Source: Veillonellaceae bacterium (GTDB lineage Bacteria > Bacillota > Negativicutes > JAAYSF01). Taken from it: a stretch of 64,000 bases of DNA. The DNA lies in assembly GCA_012523975.1 (NCBI GenBank), contig JAAYSF010000038.1, positions 8,390 through 72,389 on the forward strand, in the 5' to 3' direction. Under the pieces are notes generated by a model. The model did no database searches and was not told the DNA's origin. It saw only the letters and a program-made list of their open reading frames with translations. The position numbers and the translations under genes were made by a program. Below are positions 21,026 through 30,895 of this stretch, piece by piece (position 1 is the stretch's first letter; every line of letters starts with the position of its first letter).

Positions 21026-22048
21026 CTAATCCCAAAGTTTAGTTATTACAACACCGGGGTAATAGTGGGTAATCATTTCCGCAGCGGTCTTACCATGCTG
21101 CGCATCAGCATAGGCTCCCCACTGGCATAAACCAACGCCATTTCCCCAGCCCCTTCCTTTAAAAGTAAAATTTCTGCCATCATAAGTCATCTCAGTAATT
21201 AATGTTGATTTAAGCCGATCATAACCAATACGTTTGCGAAACTCGGAACCATAAATTTTTGTATTGCCAACGCCGATATATAAAATCCGGCCTGATGGCC
21301 CCCGTTCTAGGATTGTTATATTACGGGGGTCGCCTTTATAACCTATTGCGGCTGCCACCTGATTCCCCGGTATCTTGACCGTCCAGTTGCACTGCTCAGC
21401 CGGTGCAAACTCGAAACAATTATCGGCTATCGGCTGAAAATAGGGCGTTGGGTGTTGGATTTCGGTTGGAAAACTTTCTTCTTTAGTAGCTCCGACCTGC
21501 GCGTTGCAGGAACTATAAATGGCATTAACCAGCGTACCGTTATAGAGGATTATTTGTCCCCGGGTTTTTCTAACAGCCTCACGGACCTTATCATTTACTT
21601 TTTCTGGAGCATAAGCCTGCAGTTCTTCTTTCGAGGTGCTTACGTCGGTACCGTGCAATCTTCTGATTGTTCCGGCTTCAATAGCGCTGATTGTAAGGGT
21701 GCGCGAGGCGATAGCCTGGGCAGCCAAAGCCTCAAGTGGCCAATCCGGGAACATTTCTTTGGCAATTACGCCTTCAAGATATTTTTCCAGCGGCATGCTT
21801 TCAATCGTGCCTCTGTCGTACCTATATACCGAAACAACTGGCTCAGTCTTATATTTCCCAGTATCAAACTTGGGTACGCCCGGCATGGGGTCAGCCGGAG
21901 CTGGTGCCGGCGCCGGAGTGCTAGGGGCCGGCGGGGTCTCAGGAGGCTGCTTAGGGGCAGGAGAACGCAATAGACTGTATGCTCCCGTAGCAATTGCGAT
22001 AATTAGAATTATAATTATTGCGGCATTTAAATTGCGACTTTTTTGCAT
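21026..22048 (-). CDS. spoIID: Stage II sporulation protein D (SpoIID/LytB-domain lytic transglycosylase/amidase enhancer)
   Basis: N-terminal TM plus Pro-rich linker. SpoIID/LytB domain (NGTLVNAIYSSCNAQVGATKE ... GRGWGNGVGLCQWGAYADA). Confidence 0.85.
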   Translation of the reverse strand: MQKSRNLNAAIIIILIIAIATGAYSLLRSPAPKQPPETPPAPSTPAPAPAPADPMPGVPKFDTGKYKTEPVVSVYRYDRGTIESMPLEKYLEGVIAKEMFPDWPLEALAAQAIASRTLTISAIEAGTIRRLHGTDVSTSKEELQAYAPEKVNDKVREAVRKTRGQIILYNGTLVNAIYSSCNAQVGATKEESFPTEIQHPTPYFQPIADNCFEFAPAEQCNWTVKIPGNQVAAAIGYKGDPRNITILERGPSGRILYIGVGNTKIYGSEFRKRIGYDRLKSTLITEMTYDGRNFTFKGRGWGNGVGLCQWGAYADAQHGKTAAEMITHYYPGVVITKLWD

Positions 22049-22091
22049 TCTCCCACCTCAGTCTTAGTATGCATGAAATTTTAGGTTGTAT

Positions 22092-22925
22092 TCACTGTGG
22101 TGGCAGCGCGAATAAATCAACTGTCAGCTCTTTTCCGGAAACAAAAGCTCTGATAATAAGAGTTTGCCTTGTATTATTAATAAATCGCAAATCTTTATCG
22201 GTATATGTCGTAGCATCACGATTGGGCGGTACATAATCGACTGGCTGCGAATGCGGATGGCGTTCAGTTATGATCAGTCCCATAGCTAAGGCCGCATTAT
22301 ACAGCGTAGATGAGACTTGGCACATGCCGCCACCGATACCTTGCTCATGCCGCCCGTCATCGGCGAAAACTGTTGCCTCTTTAAAACCGCGTTCAGCAGT
22401 CGGCTCACCGGAGACTTTATTAAAGGAAAACTCGCTGCCGGAATCAATTACGCTATTATTAATCAGTTTGGCCGTCAATTTAATATTGTGCATCCGGTTA
22501 GGCTGGCCATCTAGGATAGGCGTTGTATAACTCCCCGCCTTATTGGCGGCATTTAAACTCTCAGTAGTAATGTACGGCAAAATATCCTGATAGACTGATG
22601 AAATATGACTGTAGGGCGGCGCCGACATAACTTGTGCTATTACTGCACCGGTATTAAGCCGCCGGCCTTTGCGGCTTTGAGATATTCCTCCATTTTCATC
22701 AAACCCGGCGTTTATCGGAGCGATATAGCTTTCAGCCGCGGTTTTGGCTAGGAGAGCCTCTAGCTCGGTTAAAGACAGATTACCAATAGCCGTTCCGTTC
22801 AGTGTTACCCCTTCTTGAACCTTCGGTGGTTCCGGCTTAGGAGCTGGTTTATTTAAACTGCAACCAGTTAATGCTAAGACCATACCTAACAGGACAACTA
22901 CCATAATCTTTTGCAAAAAATTCAC
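22092..22925 (-). CDS. VanW-family lipoprotein
   Basis: Lipobox LALTGC. VanW signature GGGMCQVSSTLYNAALAMG. Confidence 0.75.
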   Translation of the reverse strand: MNFLQKIMVVVLLGMVLALTGCSLNKPAPKPEPPKVQEGVTLNGTAIGNLSLTELEALLAKTAAESYIAPINAGFDENGGISQSRKGRRLNTGAVIAQVMSAPPYSHISSVYQDILPYITTESLNAANKAGSYTTPILDGQPNRMHNIKLTAKLINNSVIDSGSEFSFNKVSGEPTAERGFKEATVFADDGRHEQGIGGGMCQVSSTLYNAALAMGLIITERHPHSQPVDYVPPNRDATTYTDKDLRFINNTRQTLIIRAFVSGKELTVDLFALPPQ

Positions 22926-23027
22926 CCTCGCTTATTATTCGAAACCGACTGCCTTTTTACTCACTTTTCGCCACGCAGCTTAATACTATGATACTGGCTT
23001 TTTAGCAAGCCGAAAGGAAGTGAAATA

Positions 23028-24527
23028 GTGAGCACACTATTCGAATTAATCGAAAAGGCTTCAGGCATTACCTGCGATTCACGCCAAGTCAAACCCGGAG
23101 ATATTTTTTTTGCTTTAAAAGGTCGCCTGACGGACGGGAATCAATACGTTCAAGAGGCTGTACGGCACGGGGCGATAGCCATTGTAACCGACCAGCCACC
23201 GCCCCCTCTCAGCATTCCGGTCATAGTTACGGCCAATGCCCGTAAGACTCTGGCTGAAGCATCAGCCCGGTTTTATAATCAGCCATCACGTGACCTTTCC
23301 GTAATCGGCGTAACCGGAACAAATGGCAAGACAACTATAACCTATATGCTTGAGCAAATCCTCAGCCATGCAGGCTTAAAATGCGGCCTGATCGGTACCG
23401 TAAAGGTGAACACCGGCCAGCAGTCGTTTCCCAGCCGTCTGACTACGCCTGATGCTATCAGCCTCCATAACTATCTGGCCCAAATGCGGGCAAACGGTGT
23501 CACCCATGTCCCCATGGAAGTTTCTGCCCAGGGCGTAGAAATGCACCGAGTCGACACGCTCCAATTTTCTTGCGGTATCCTAGCCAACATTAGCCCCGAC
23601 CACCTTGATTTTCACGGCGATTTTGACAGTTATTTTGCCGCCAAAAAGGCGTTTATTAATCTGTTAGGTAAAGATACTCCGCTTATTATAAACATAGGCG
23701 ACCCCTGCTGCCGGACGATTGCCTCCGGGTTTGACGGCAGACTTATTACAGCCGGTGTCAATACCAAAGCCGATATCACCGCAAGCGCAATCAGCACCCA
23801 TGCTTACACCAGCCGGTTTGAACTCAGTTTTGGCGAACTCGTAACAGTTACCGGACAAAGGTTAGCCCCTACACGCATCACCGTTAATCTGTCGGTACCA
23901 GGCCTTCATAATATTGAGAATGCTTTATTGGCTGCTGCCGCCGCTATTATTCATGGTGTTCCTGTTTCCTCGATTGCAGCAGCCCTCGCTAGTTTTCGCT
24001 GCGTCGAACGACGCATGAATATTTTTCATTTAAACGCCAGGACGGTAATTGATGACACTGCGCTTAATCCTGCCAGCATTAGCGCCGTGCTTAATTCACT
24101 GCCGACCTTTCGCTGCCGCCGGCTATTTGTTGTAAATGCCATTCGCGGCAACCGCGGCGCCGCCATTAATCAGGCAAATGCAAAAGTGTTGGCAGACTAC
24201 CAGAAAAAGCTGGGTTTTTCACTGGCGATTACAGCAAGTGTTGGCAGCGTCAACAGTAGCGACGCCGTCCAATTTGACGAGAAAGCTGCTTTCATTAAAA
24301 CGCTTAATCATTCACAAGTTGAGTATACATATTTTTCCAGTCTTGAATCAGCAATATCATCAGCTTTAACTCAGAGCAGACCGAATGATCTTCTGGCGCT
24401 GCTTGGCGCGCAAGGCATGGACGCCGGCCGGGATATTTTAACCGCGCTTACTGCATCGTCTTCACCTCAACCTCACGCCTTGTACTCGGATGCCCTAACT
24501 GCCCACAAATTGGCCAGCGCACTTTAA
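23028..24527 (+). CDS. Mur-ligase family protein, MurE-like (UDP-MurNAc-dipeptide--diamino acid ligase paralog)
   Basis: GTG start with SD AAAGGAAG. N-domain ITCDSRQVKPGDIFFALKG, P-loop GVTGTNGKTT, central Mur ligase domain. C-terminal domain diverged (NAIRGNRG instead of the canonical GGxxDRD/DNPR region). Confidence 0.7.
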   Translation: MSTLFELIEKASGITCDSRQVKPGDIFFALKGRLTDGNQYVQEAVRHGAIAIVTDQPPPPLSIPVIVTANARKTLAEASARFYNQPSRDLSVIGVTGTNGKTTITYMLEQILSHAGLKCGLIGTVKVNTGQQSFPSRLTTPDAISLHNYLAQMRANGVTHVPMEVSAQGVEMHRVDTLQFSCGILANISPDHLDFHGDFDSYFAAKKAFINLLGKDTPLIINIGDPCCRTIASGFDGRLITAGVNTKADITASAISTHAYTSRFELSFGELVTVTGQRLAPTRITVNLSVPGLHNIENALLAAAAAIIHGVPVSSIAAALASFRCVERRMNIFHLNARTVIDDTALNPASISAVLNSLPTFRCRRLFVVNAIRGNRGAAINQANAKVLADYQKKLGFSLAITASVGSVNSSDAVQFDEKAAFIKTLNHSQVEYTYFSSLESAISSALTQSRPNDLLALLGAQGMDAGRDILTALTASSSPQPHALYSDALTAHKLASAL

Positions 24528-24661
24528 CTTTTGCTGAAAATGTAATCATAAAATGTCTAAATTAGAAAACCCGGCCTAGCGCCGAGCTTCAGCGAAAGCG
24601 CAAGCCAGGGGCTTGCGCTTATGTCGCGAGAATTTATAGTTAGAAATTCTGGTAGACTAAA

Positions 24662-24700
24662 AAAAATCGCAGCCAGGTACGGCTGCGATTTTCAGCTTAT
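24662..24700. terminator. Bidirectional terminator between the MurE-like gene (+) and the LarA-like gene (-)
   Basis: aaaaaaaa-atcgcagcc-aggtac-ggctgcgat-tttcagcttatttt: stem flanked by an A-run and a T-run. Confidence 0.6.
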
Positions 24701-25959
24701 TTTACATATGGAATAGTCAGCGGTCCTAGTGGCAGAACAGCTACTCTTGCATTCGGGCCATACTTATCCATGAGCTGTTTCAAAGTATCTTCTATATCTT
24801 CTACATGATTTAGCATAGCTTGTTTAACGGTTTCTTTATCAAGTGACGAATACAAATAGCAATCAGCTTTTAATTGAATCATCGCCTGCTTTTGCGCTTC
24901 CCATTGGTCGAATAACCGATAAGACGGTTCGTTAATCATATCGAGGAGTTCTTGCGGCGTTTTTCTTGCTTTAAGAATATCCGCGTAGTTACCATGGTTC
25001 GGCAAGCCATCTGAACATTCCGAAACTGCAATTATCGCACCGCCCTGCTTGACAATTTCAGCACCGGCGCTCATTCCTTTAACAGTCTGATACAGATTTT
25101 GGTCAAGCGGATAGCCTGAGTTTGTTGTAATGACAATATCAAATGGCTCATCGACTGCATACATAGCATGTTTCTTAACAAATTCACAACCAATGCGATG
25201 AGCTTCAATTACATCGCCAGCAAATACATCGGTAATTTCTTTGTCGCCATTTAAAGTGACATTGAGCATAAACTGCGGCTTGGCCATCAGGCAGTTTTGG
25301 GTAGCAGCATTCTGCAGAATATTCCCGGCGATAGTCCCCCAAGTACTGTTAGGATCACCAATCATTTGCGCATTGTGGAAGTCAAGAATAGTCTCAATAC
25401 TGCATATACCAGGGCAGATGCCTTTGGGGCCGCCTGAGAATCCGGCAAAGAAGTGCGGCTCAATGAAACCGGTTACAATTTTGAAATCACATTCTACGTA
25501 AGTTTTATTTAGGTATACTTTTGAACCATAACTATTAGTGCCTACATAAGACAGCTCGTCCGGATTAAATGCATCGCTTTGAACGATTTTTACGGTATTA
25601 ACTATATCTTCACCTAACATCTGAATTAATTCTTCACGAGTGTTCGCCCGGTGACTGCCTAATCCGTTGATGACGACAAAGTTTTCCCGCGGCACATGAG
25701 AAAGTTCTTCCATAATCCATGGTACCAATTTATGACTCGGAGTAGGACGAGTCAGGTCGGCAATTACAATACCGACTGTGTCGGTCGCCTTGACCATTTC
25801 CTTGAGCGGTCGGGTGCCAAAAGGATTTCGCATTGCCTTGATTACTGCCGCTTTTTCATCAGCCAAACCGTCTAAATGACGAGGCTCGATTACTTCTGCA
25901 TTATCCGGCACATTAACTACAACATGCCCCTTACCATACGCTAACTTAACCTGTTTCAT
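24697..25959 (-). CDS. LarA-family (lactate racemase-like, nickel-pincer cofactor dependent) alpha-hydroxy-acid racemase/epimerase homolog
   Basis: Start set at MKQVKLAYGKGH (SD GAGGTGAT). Collinear with L. plantarum LarA, including LTRPTPSH and GFIEPHFFAGFSGG. Confidence 0.8.
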   Translation of the reverse strand: MKQVKLAYGKGHVVVNVPDNAEVIEPRHLDGLADEKAAVIKAMRNPFGTRPLKEMVKATDTVGIVIADLTRPTPSHKLVPWIMEELSHVPRENFVVINGLGSHRANTREELIQMLGEDIVNTVKIVQSDAFNPDELSYVGTNSYGSKVYLNKTYVECDFKIVTGFIEPHFFAGFSGGPKGICPGICSIETILDFHNAQMIGDPNSTWGTIAGNILQNAATQNCLMAKPQFMLNVTLNGDKEITDVFAGDVIEAHRIGCEFVKKHAMYAVDEPFDIVITTNSGYPLDQNLYQTVKGMSAGAEIVKQGGAIIAVSECSDGLPNHGNYADILKARKTPQELLDMINEPSYRLFDQWEAQKQAMIQLKADCYLYSSLDKETVKQAMLNHVEDIEDTLKQLMDKYGPNARVAVLPLGPLTIPYVK

Positions 25960-26077
25960 GATTATCACCTCTGAAATTTTTCCAAACACGATACTTATTA
26001 TATTATTTTGATTATTAGCGCGAATATTCCTTCCGATTTCCAATTGTGAAAAAAAGACTTTAGTTGTAACTATTTTT

Positions 26078-27109
26078 TTAAGATTGCTTTAATTTACGGT
26101 CTTGTTCTTGATCTCTAATGGTCACCACATACTTCTTAACAAACTTAACTGGGTTATATGAAAGCTTAGACTTACGCAAACCTTCCAGCCCCATGTCTTC
26201 TTCGCGGTTAATATAACGCATTTTAGACCAAGCATGTTTTACAAACTGCTGGTTAATTGCGGGGTATATGCCGCGAATATCAGCATTAGCCTTTTCGACA
26301 TGAATAACTGCAGTATCGGCATTAAGCTGTTCCCCAAAGGTAAACGCTTCGACAGTGCCGTTAATCATGATAACACCGCCGGTAAGGTCTAAGTATTCCT
26401 GGTTGGTAAGCGCTTCAATTATCGCGTTTTTTTCATAATCAATCAGCTCATTTTTAATCGTATCGGTCTTCTTCTCAAACCAATCGGCGGCGGTGGCAAC
26501 ACATTGTCCGACTAACTCAGCAGATAAGGGCAGATAAACAAAGTTGCTGTACACTTTTTTAAAATTATTGAAATGATTCTTTTTACTATGGAACTTGCGG
26601 CCTTTAAGATTTATTAAATCCTGGGCGCTATAAATATAATCATAATTATCCCGATCTTCGTGGAACTTGAAAAACCCTGGTCTGAGTTTTTCAAACTGAA
26701 GGGCAGCTCCGCTCTCTATTCCGCTAATGATAAACGGTAGGTTATTTTGTTTGAAATAATCCTCCCATATCGTAATGGCCTTCCCTAATTCAGCCTCCGG
26801 ACCAAACGGCTGCAGTGCAAATTGTTCCTTGCCCCAAGCTGCTCTTATTAATAAAAAGCCTGCCTCAGTACACCACTCTATGTTAAAGGCATGACGCCAC
26901 ATAAAGAGGTTCGTAAAATTAAAATGCGCATTCTCATAGCGGCGTGCGCGAAAAAAGCTATCAAAAACTGGTTTATCGTCTAATTTAATTGGCTGAAAAT
27001 TAATAATAACCCCTCCTATCGGCGCAAATAACGCACCGTACCATTCTATTATATTACACACAATTCGCAAAAGGTACAGTATAAATACAAAATTCACCAA
27101 TTTCGACAT
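26078..27109 (-). CDS. DUF2156 / LPG-synthase-C-like domain protein (MprF C-terminal-like, GNAT-fold)
   Basis: Family-typical opening FQPIKLDDKPVFDSFFRARRYENAHFNFTNLFMWRHAFNIEW. The 5' end is uncertain: ATG at 27109 lacks an SD, while a strong AGGAGGGG sits internally near 27000. Confidence 0.55.
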   Translation of the reverse strand: MSKLVNFVFILYLLRIVCNIIEWYGALFAPIGGVIINFQPIKLDDKPVFDSFFRARRYENAHFNFTNLFMWRHAFNIEWCTEAGFLLIRAAWGKEQFALQPFGPEAELGKAITIWEDYFKQNNLPFIISGIESGAALQFEKLRPGFFKFHEDRDNYDYIYSAQDLINLKGRKFHSKKNHFNNFKKVYSNFVYLPLSAELVGQCVATAADWFEKKTDTIKNELIDYEKNAIIEALTNQEYLDLTGGVIMINGTVEAFTFGEQLNADTAVIHVEKANADIRGIYPAINQQFVKHAWSKMRYINREEDMGLEGLRKSKLSYNPVKFVKKYVVTIRDQEQDRKLKQS

Positions 27110-27145
27110 TACGATTATAATTTGGCAGGACTTTCCTAATCTTTA

Positions 27146-27153
27146 TTGTATAA
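27146..27153 (+). promoter_or_regulatory. Extended -10 element (TGTATAAT) upstream of the PocR-kinase operon
   Basis: TGn-TATAAT 60 nt upstream of the TTG start. -35 weak. Confidence 0.35.
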
Positions 27154-27213
27154 TTATATTCAGAATAGTTATGTAGTTCGGAATTGTTGACAACATTCAT
27201 AGGAGGTCGCAAA

Positions 27214-28656
27214 TTGGACAAATTCGATGGTCTAGAGAATATTACCTTGCTTGATCTTATAGCCATTGAAGAGCTACAGGAAATCCAGGATGTCTATGCC
27301 GAAGCACTGGGGATAGCGACGATAATCACCGATCTGGACGGACATCCCATAACCCAGCCGAGCAACTTTTCTAAAGTCTGCAACATGGTACGGGCTACAG
27401 AAAAAGGCTTAGAAAACTGTATGTATTCCGGCAAAGTTATGGGAGCGAAAGCTCATCAATTACTTGTGCCAACCTATCAGAAGTGCCTTAGCTGCGGCTT
27501 CATTGATGCTAGCGCACCTATCACTGTAGACAACAAGCATATCGCCAATTGGGTAGTTGGGCAAATAAACTCAGGTGAAGTCGACGCCGATCATCTTCGG
27601 GCTTACGCTCTGGAAATCGGGGCAGACCCTGACGGATTGGCCAACGCGCTGGACCAAACCCGCGATATGCCGCTGCCGCGTTTCGAAAAGATTCTTCGTT
27701 TATTGTGGCTGCTAGCCCAAAAAATTTCTGCCATGGCCTACAATAATCTGCTTTTATCGCGTGATAACTTGATGCTTAGCCAAGCTGAACGTGAAATTAA
27801 GCAGCTCAATCAGGCTCTTGAAAGTCGTGTATTGGAGTTTGAAGCCGCTAACTCAGATTTACAGCAAACGCTTGCCAAACTCCAAGAAACTCAGGAGCAT
27901 CTTATTCAGCAGGAAAAATTGGCCTCATTAGGCAGTCTGGTTGCCGGCATTGCTCATGAGATAAATACTCCTATCGGTTCAGGTGTAACGGCAGCCTCAT
28001 ATTTGGAACAGGAAACCAATGCCATTGTTAAACAGTTCAAAGCCAATGCATTAAGACGATCCGAACTGGATAGCTATCTTGCTGCTTCTAATGAAGCGAT
28101 AAAAATTATTCTCATAAACCTGAGGAGAGCCTCAGAGCTAATATCCAGTTTTAAAAAAGTAGCGATAGACCGCTCCAGTGATGCCAAACAATTCTTCAAT
28201 ATCAAGAAATACATTGGGGCAGTAATTTTAAGTTTACGACCCCAGCTAAAAAAAGCCAACCACCATATTATTGTCAAATGCGATGATTATATCAACTTAA
28301 ACAGCTATCCTGGTGACTTTTCCCATATTATCACAAACCTAATTATAAATACACTTGTTCACGCTTATCCGTCAGGAAATCAGGGAACCATCACAATTGA
28401 TGTAAGCCACCAAAATGATAAGCTAACACTTATTTATTCAGATGACGGCATCGGCATTCCCGAAAACCACTTACCTAAAATTTTTGAGCCTTTTTTTACA
28501 ACTCGTCGAGGCAATGGCGGTACCGGATTAGGGCTTAATATTATTTACAATATTGTCACCCAAAACCTTAAAGGATCAATAAGCTGCACTAGCCGGCCAA
28601 ATCAAGGAACAAGCTTTACTATAACAATTCCAACCGAAAATGGAGGTACCTTATGA
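27214..28656 (+). CDS. Cytoplasmic sensor histidine kinase with N-terminal PocR sensory domain
   Basis: TTG start 7 nt after AGGAGG. PocR-like domain (conserved Cys pattern KVCNMV ... ENCMYSG ... CLSCGFID), coiled-coil, HisKA (LVAGIAHEINTPIG) and HATPase_c. Confidence 0.85.
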   Translation: MDKFDGLENITLLDLIAIEELQEIQDVYAEALGIATIITDLDGHPITQPSNFSKVCNMVRATEKGLENCMYSGKVMGAKAHQLLVPTYQKCLSCGFIDASAPITVDNKHIANWVVGQINSGEVDADHLRAYALEIGADPDGLANALDQTRDMPLPRFEKILRLLWLLAQKISAMAYNNLLLSRDNLMLSQAEREIKQLNQALESRVLEFEAANSDLQQTLAKLQETQEHLIQQEKLASLGSLVAGIAHEINTPIGSGVTAASYLEQETNAIVKQFKANALRRSELDSYLAASNEAIKIILINLRRASELISSFKKVAIDRSSDAKQFFNIKKYIGAVILSLRPQLKKANHHIIVKCDDYINLNSYPGDFSHIITNLIINTLVHAYPSGNQGTITIDVSHQNDKLTLIYSDDGIGIPENHLPKIFEPFFTTRRGNGGTGLGLNIIYNIVTQNLKGSISCTSRPNQGTSFTITIPTENGGTL

Positions 28657-30224
28657 ACAACCTGGAGGAGGCAGTCGAAGCCGACCAGTCTAATGACTTA
28701 CTTCAATGGGCTGAAGAAACAGAAAGTTTCCAGCCGCAAACAGATAGTTTCTGGAAGATTATGATTATTGATGATGACGAAGCTGTCCATAGTGTTACCA
28801 AATTAGCCCTTCGTCATTTTGTCTTTGAGGGAAAGAAGCTTGAATTTATCAGCGGTTACTCGGCAGCTCAAGCGCGCGATCTTATTGTGAAACATCCCGA
28901 TACTGCCATTCTTCTGCTTGATGTCGTAATGGAAGACGACGATGCTGGTTTAAAAGTGGCGCGCTATATTCGCGAAGAATTAAATAACTCGTTTGTAAGG
29001 ATTATACTTCGGACTGGCCAAGCAGGTCAGGCTCCTGAGGAAAAAGTAATTCTCGAGTATGATATTAATGATTATAAAGAAAAAACCGAACTTACCGCCC
29101 GTAAGCTTTTCACAACGGTAATAGCCGCCCTGCGGGCCTACCGGGATATAATAACAATTGATGCTAACCGCCAGGGCTTGGAAAAAATTATCGAAGCCTC
29201 GGCATCAATCTTTAAAGTTCAATCAATGACCAAATTTGTATCAGGAGTTCTTAGACAACTTGTTTCTATTCTTGGCCTGAATAAGAATTCTTTATACTGC
29301 CAAACTTCCGGTTTTGCTGCAACGAATACCGGCGGCGATTTTCGAATTATGGCTGCAACCGGTGATTTTGAAAAACATATCAACGAAAAAATCGAAACTG
29401 TTTTGCCTCAGGATATTTTAAACGAACTCAATACCGTTTTTACCGCTAAAGAAAGCATGCATTTCGGCAATCGGTTTTTGGGCTATTACCATAGTAATTC
29501 CGGCTCAGAAAGCATTATATATCTTGAAGGACTGCAAACCTTAAACAAAATTCAGAAAGACCTTGTAGTTGTCTTCTTTAATAACGTAAGTACCGCCTTT
29601 GATAACCTTTATCTAAATGAGCAACTGGCTAACGACCAGATGGAAATGCTCTTTACTTTGGGAGAAATGGCCGAAAATCGCTCGCATGAAACCGGCCTCC
29701 ATATAAAAAGAGTAGCTCGTTATTCCCGGCTGTTTGCGCTTAAATACGGTTTAAACGAAGATGAAGCTTCCCGGCTACAGTTAGCTTCATCAATGCATGA
29801 TATCGGTAAACTGGCTATCGAGGATAAAATCCTCAAAAAGCCGGGTCAGCTTACGCTTGAAGAATTTGCTGTAATCAAACGCCATTCGCTCATTGGCTAC
29901 CAAATTCTTAGCAGTTCCAACCGGCCGCTTTTAAAAACGGCAGCCATCATAGCCCTTCAACATCATGAAAAATTTGACGGCACCGGGTATCCTAATAATC
30001 TTTGCGGTGAAAATATCCATATTTATGGGCGAATAACTGCTATTGCCGATGTTTTAGACGCCCTCAGCAGCGACCGGGTTTACCGTCCTGCCTGGCAGAT
30101 TGATAAAGTATTACTATATATTAAAGAACAAAGCGGTAAACATTTTGATCCGCAATTGGTTGATATACTATTTAAAAACCTGGATGAATTCCTTGCAATT
30201 ATGAATGAAACAAGCGAGGACTAA
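28653..30224 (+). CDS. Response regulator with REC domain + middle (GAF-like) region + HD-GYP c-di-GMP phosphodiesterase domain
   Basis: ATGA overlap with the kinase gene. REC (MIIDDDEAV ... LLLDVVME). HD-GYP (HDIGKLAI ... HHEKFDGTGYPNNL). Confidence 0.85.
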   Translation: MNNLEEAVEADQSNDLLQWAEETESFQPQTDSFWKIMIIDDDEAVHSVTKLALRHFVFEGKKLEFISGYSAAQARDLIVKHPDTAILLLDVVMEDDDAGLKVARYIREELNNSFVRIILRTGQAGQAPEEKVILEYDINDYKEKTELTARKLFTTVIAALRAYRDIITIDANRQGLEKIIEASASIFKVQSMTKFVSGVLRQLVSILGLNKNSLYCQTSGFAATNTGGDFRIMAATGDFEKHINEKIETVLPQDILNELNTVFTAKESMHFGNRFLGYYHSNSGSESIIYLEGLQTLNKIQKDLVVVFFNNVSTAFDNLYLNEQLANDQMEMLFTLGEMAENRSHETGLHIKRVARYSRLFALKYGLNEDEASRLQLASSMHDIGKLAIEDKILKKPGQLTLEEFAVIKRHSLIGYQILSSSNRPLLKTAAIIALQHHEKFDGTGYPNNLCGENIHIYGRITAIADVLDALSSDRVYRPAWQIDKVLLYIKEQSGKHFDPQLVDILFKNLDEFLAIMNETSED

Positions 30225-30337
30225 CAGAGCCTCCGGTCCAATATCATGATTTAGAACGATATTTAAATAATTGTCAAGGGACGCTATTTGATACGGACTA
30301 TATTTTAATACCTGACAGAAATGAGTTAAAAAAAATA

Positions 30338-30811
30338 ATGCTTGAAAAACCTTTTGAGATGGATGAGATTGTTGTCGATAATCTTCTTAAAACATATAAC
30401 AATTCTCGTATCTACTATGCGATAGAGTATGTTAAAAACATGAAAAATGTAAATCATTATCCGTCTTATTTGTATAGGAGCATTGAGAGAAATTATGGCC
30501 AACAATGGGCAGATGCTCAATTTTCAAAAAGTAAGAAAAAACGAGAGGCAAAAGAAAAGGCCGCAGAGATTGAAAGAAAATTACGTGAAGATTTAGATAA
30601 AGAAATTGATCTGATTAATAGTAAATCAGATCCAGCTGCATTTCTTGAATTATATAAGTCAAGAAAACAAACGGCTGCTGTTAAACACGCTGAGGCTCCG
30701 ACTAAATCTTTTGTACCGACAAAAGAGATGTTATTGGAAATGTTGTCCTTAACAAAAGACGGTCCGGCTAAAGATAGATTAATTGAAACATATGGCTATT
30801 TACTTAAATAG
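30338..30811 (+). CDS. Hypothetical protein (157 aa; charged/KE-rich C-terminal half)
   Basis: ORF at the island border. No recognisable domain. Confidence 0.5.
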   Translation: MLEKPFEMDEIVVDNLLKTYNNSRIYYAIEYVKNMKNVNHYPSYLYRSIERNYGQQWADAQFSKSKKKREAKEKAAEIERKLREDLDKEIDLINSKSDPAAFLELYKSRKQTAAVKHAEAPTKSFVPTKEMLLEMLSLTKDGPAKDRLIETYGYLLK

Positions 30812-30895
30812 CAAAAAAAGAAAGAAAAAGACTACCGTTTTGTGTTAATAGATTTAAAATAACACAGAATGGTAGTCTTTCTTTTTTACTTTTTT

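Noticed and set aside
21452-22067. Plus-strand ORFs of 62-173 aa overlapping spoIID
   Set aside because: Arg/Gly-rich reverse-frame products of the Pro-rich SpoIID linker region. Not supported.
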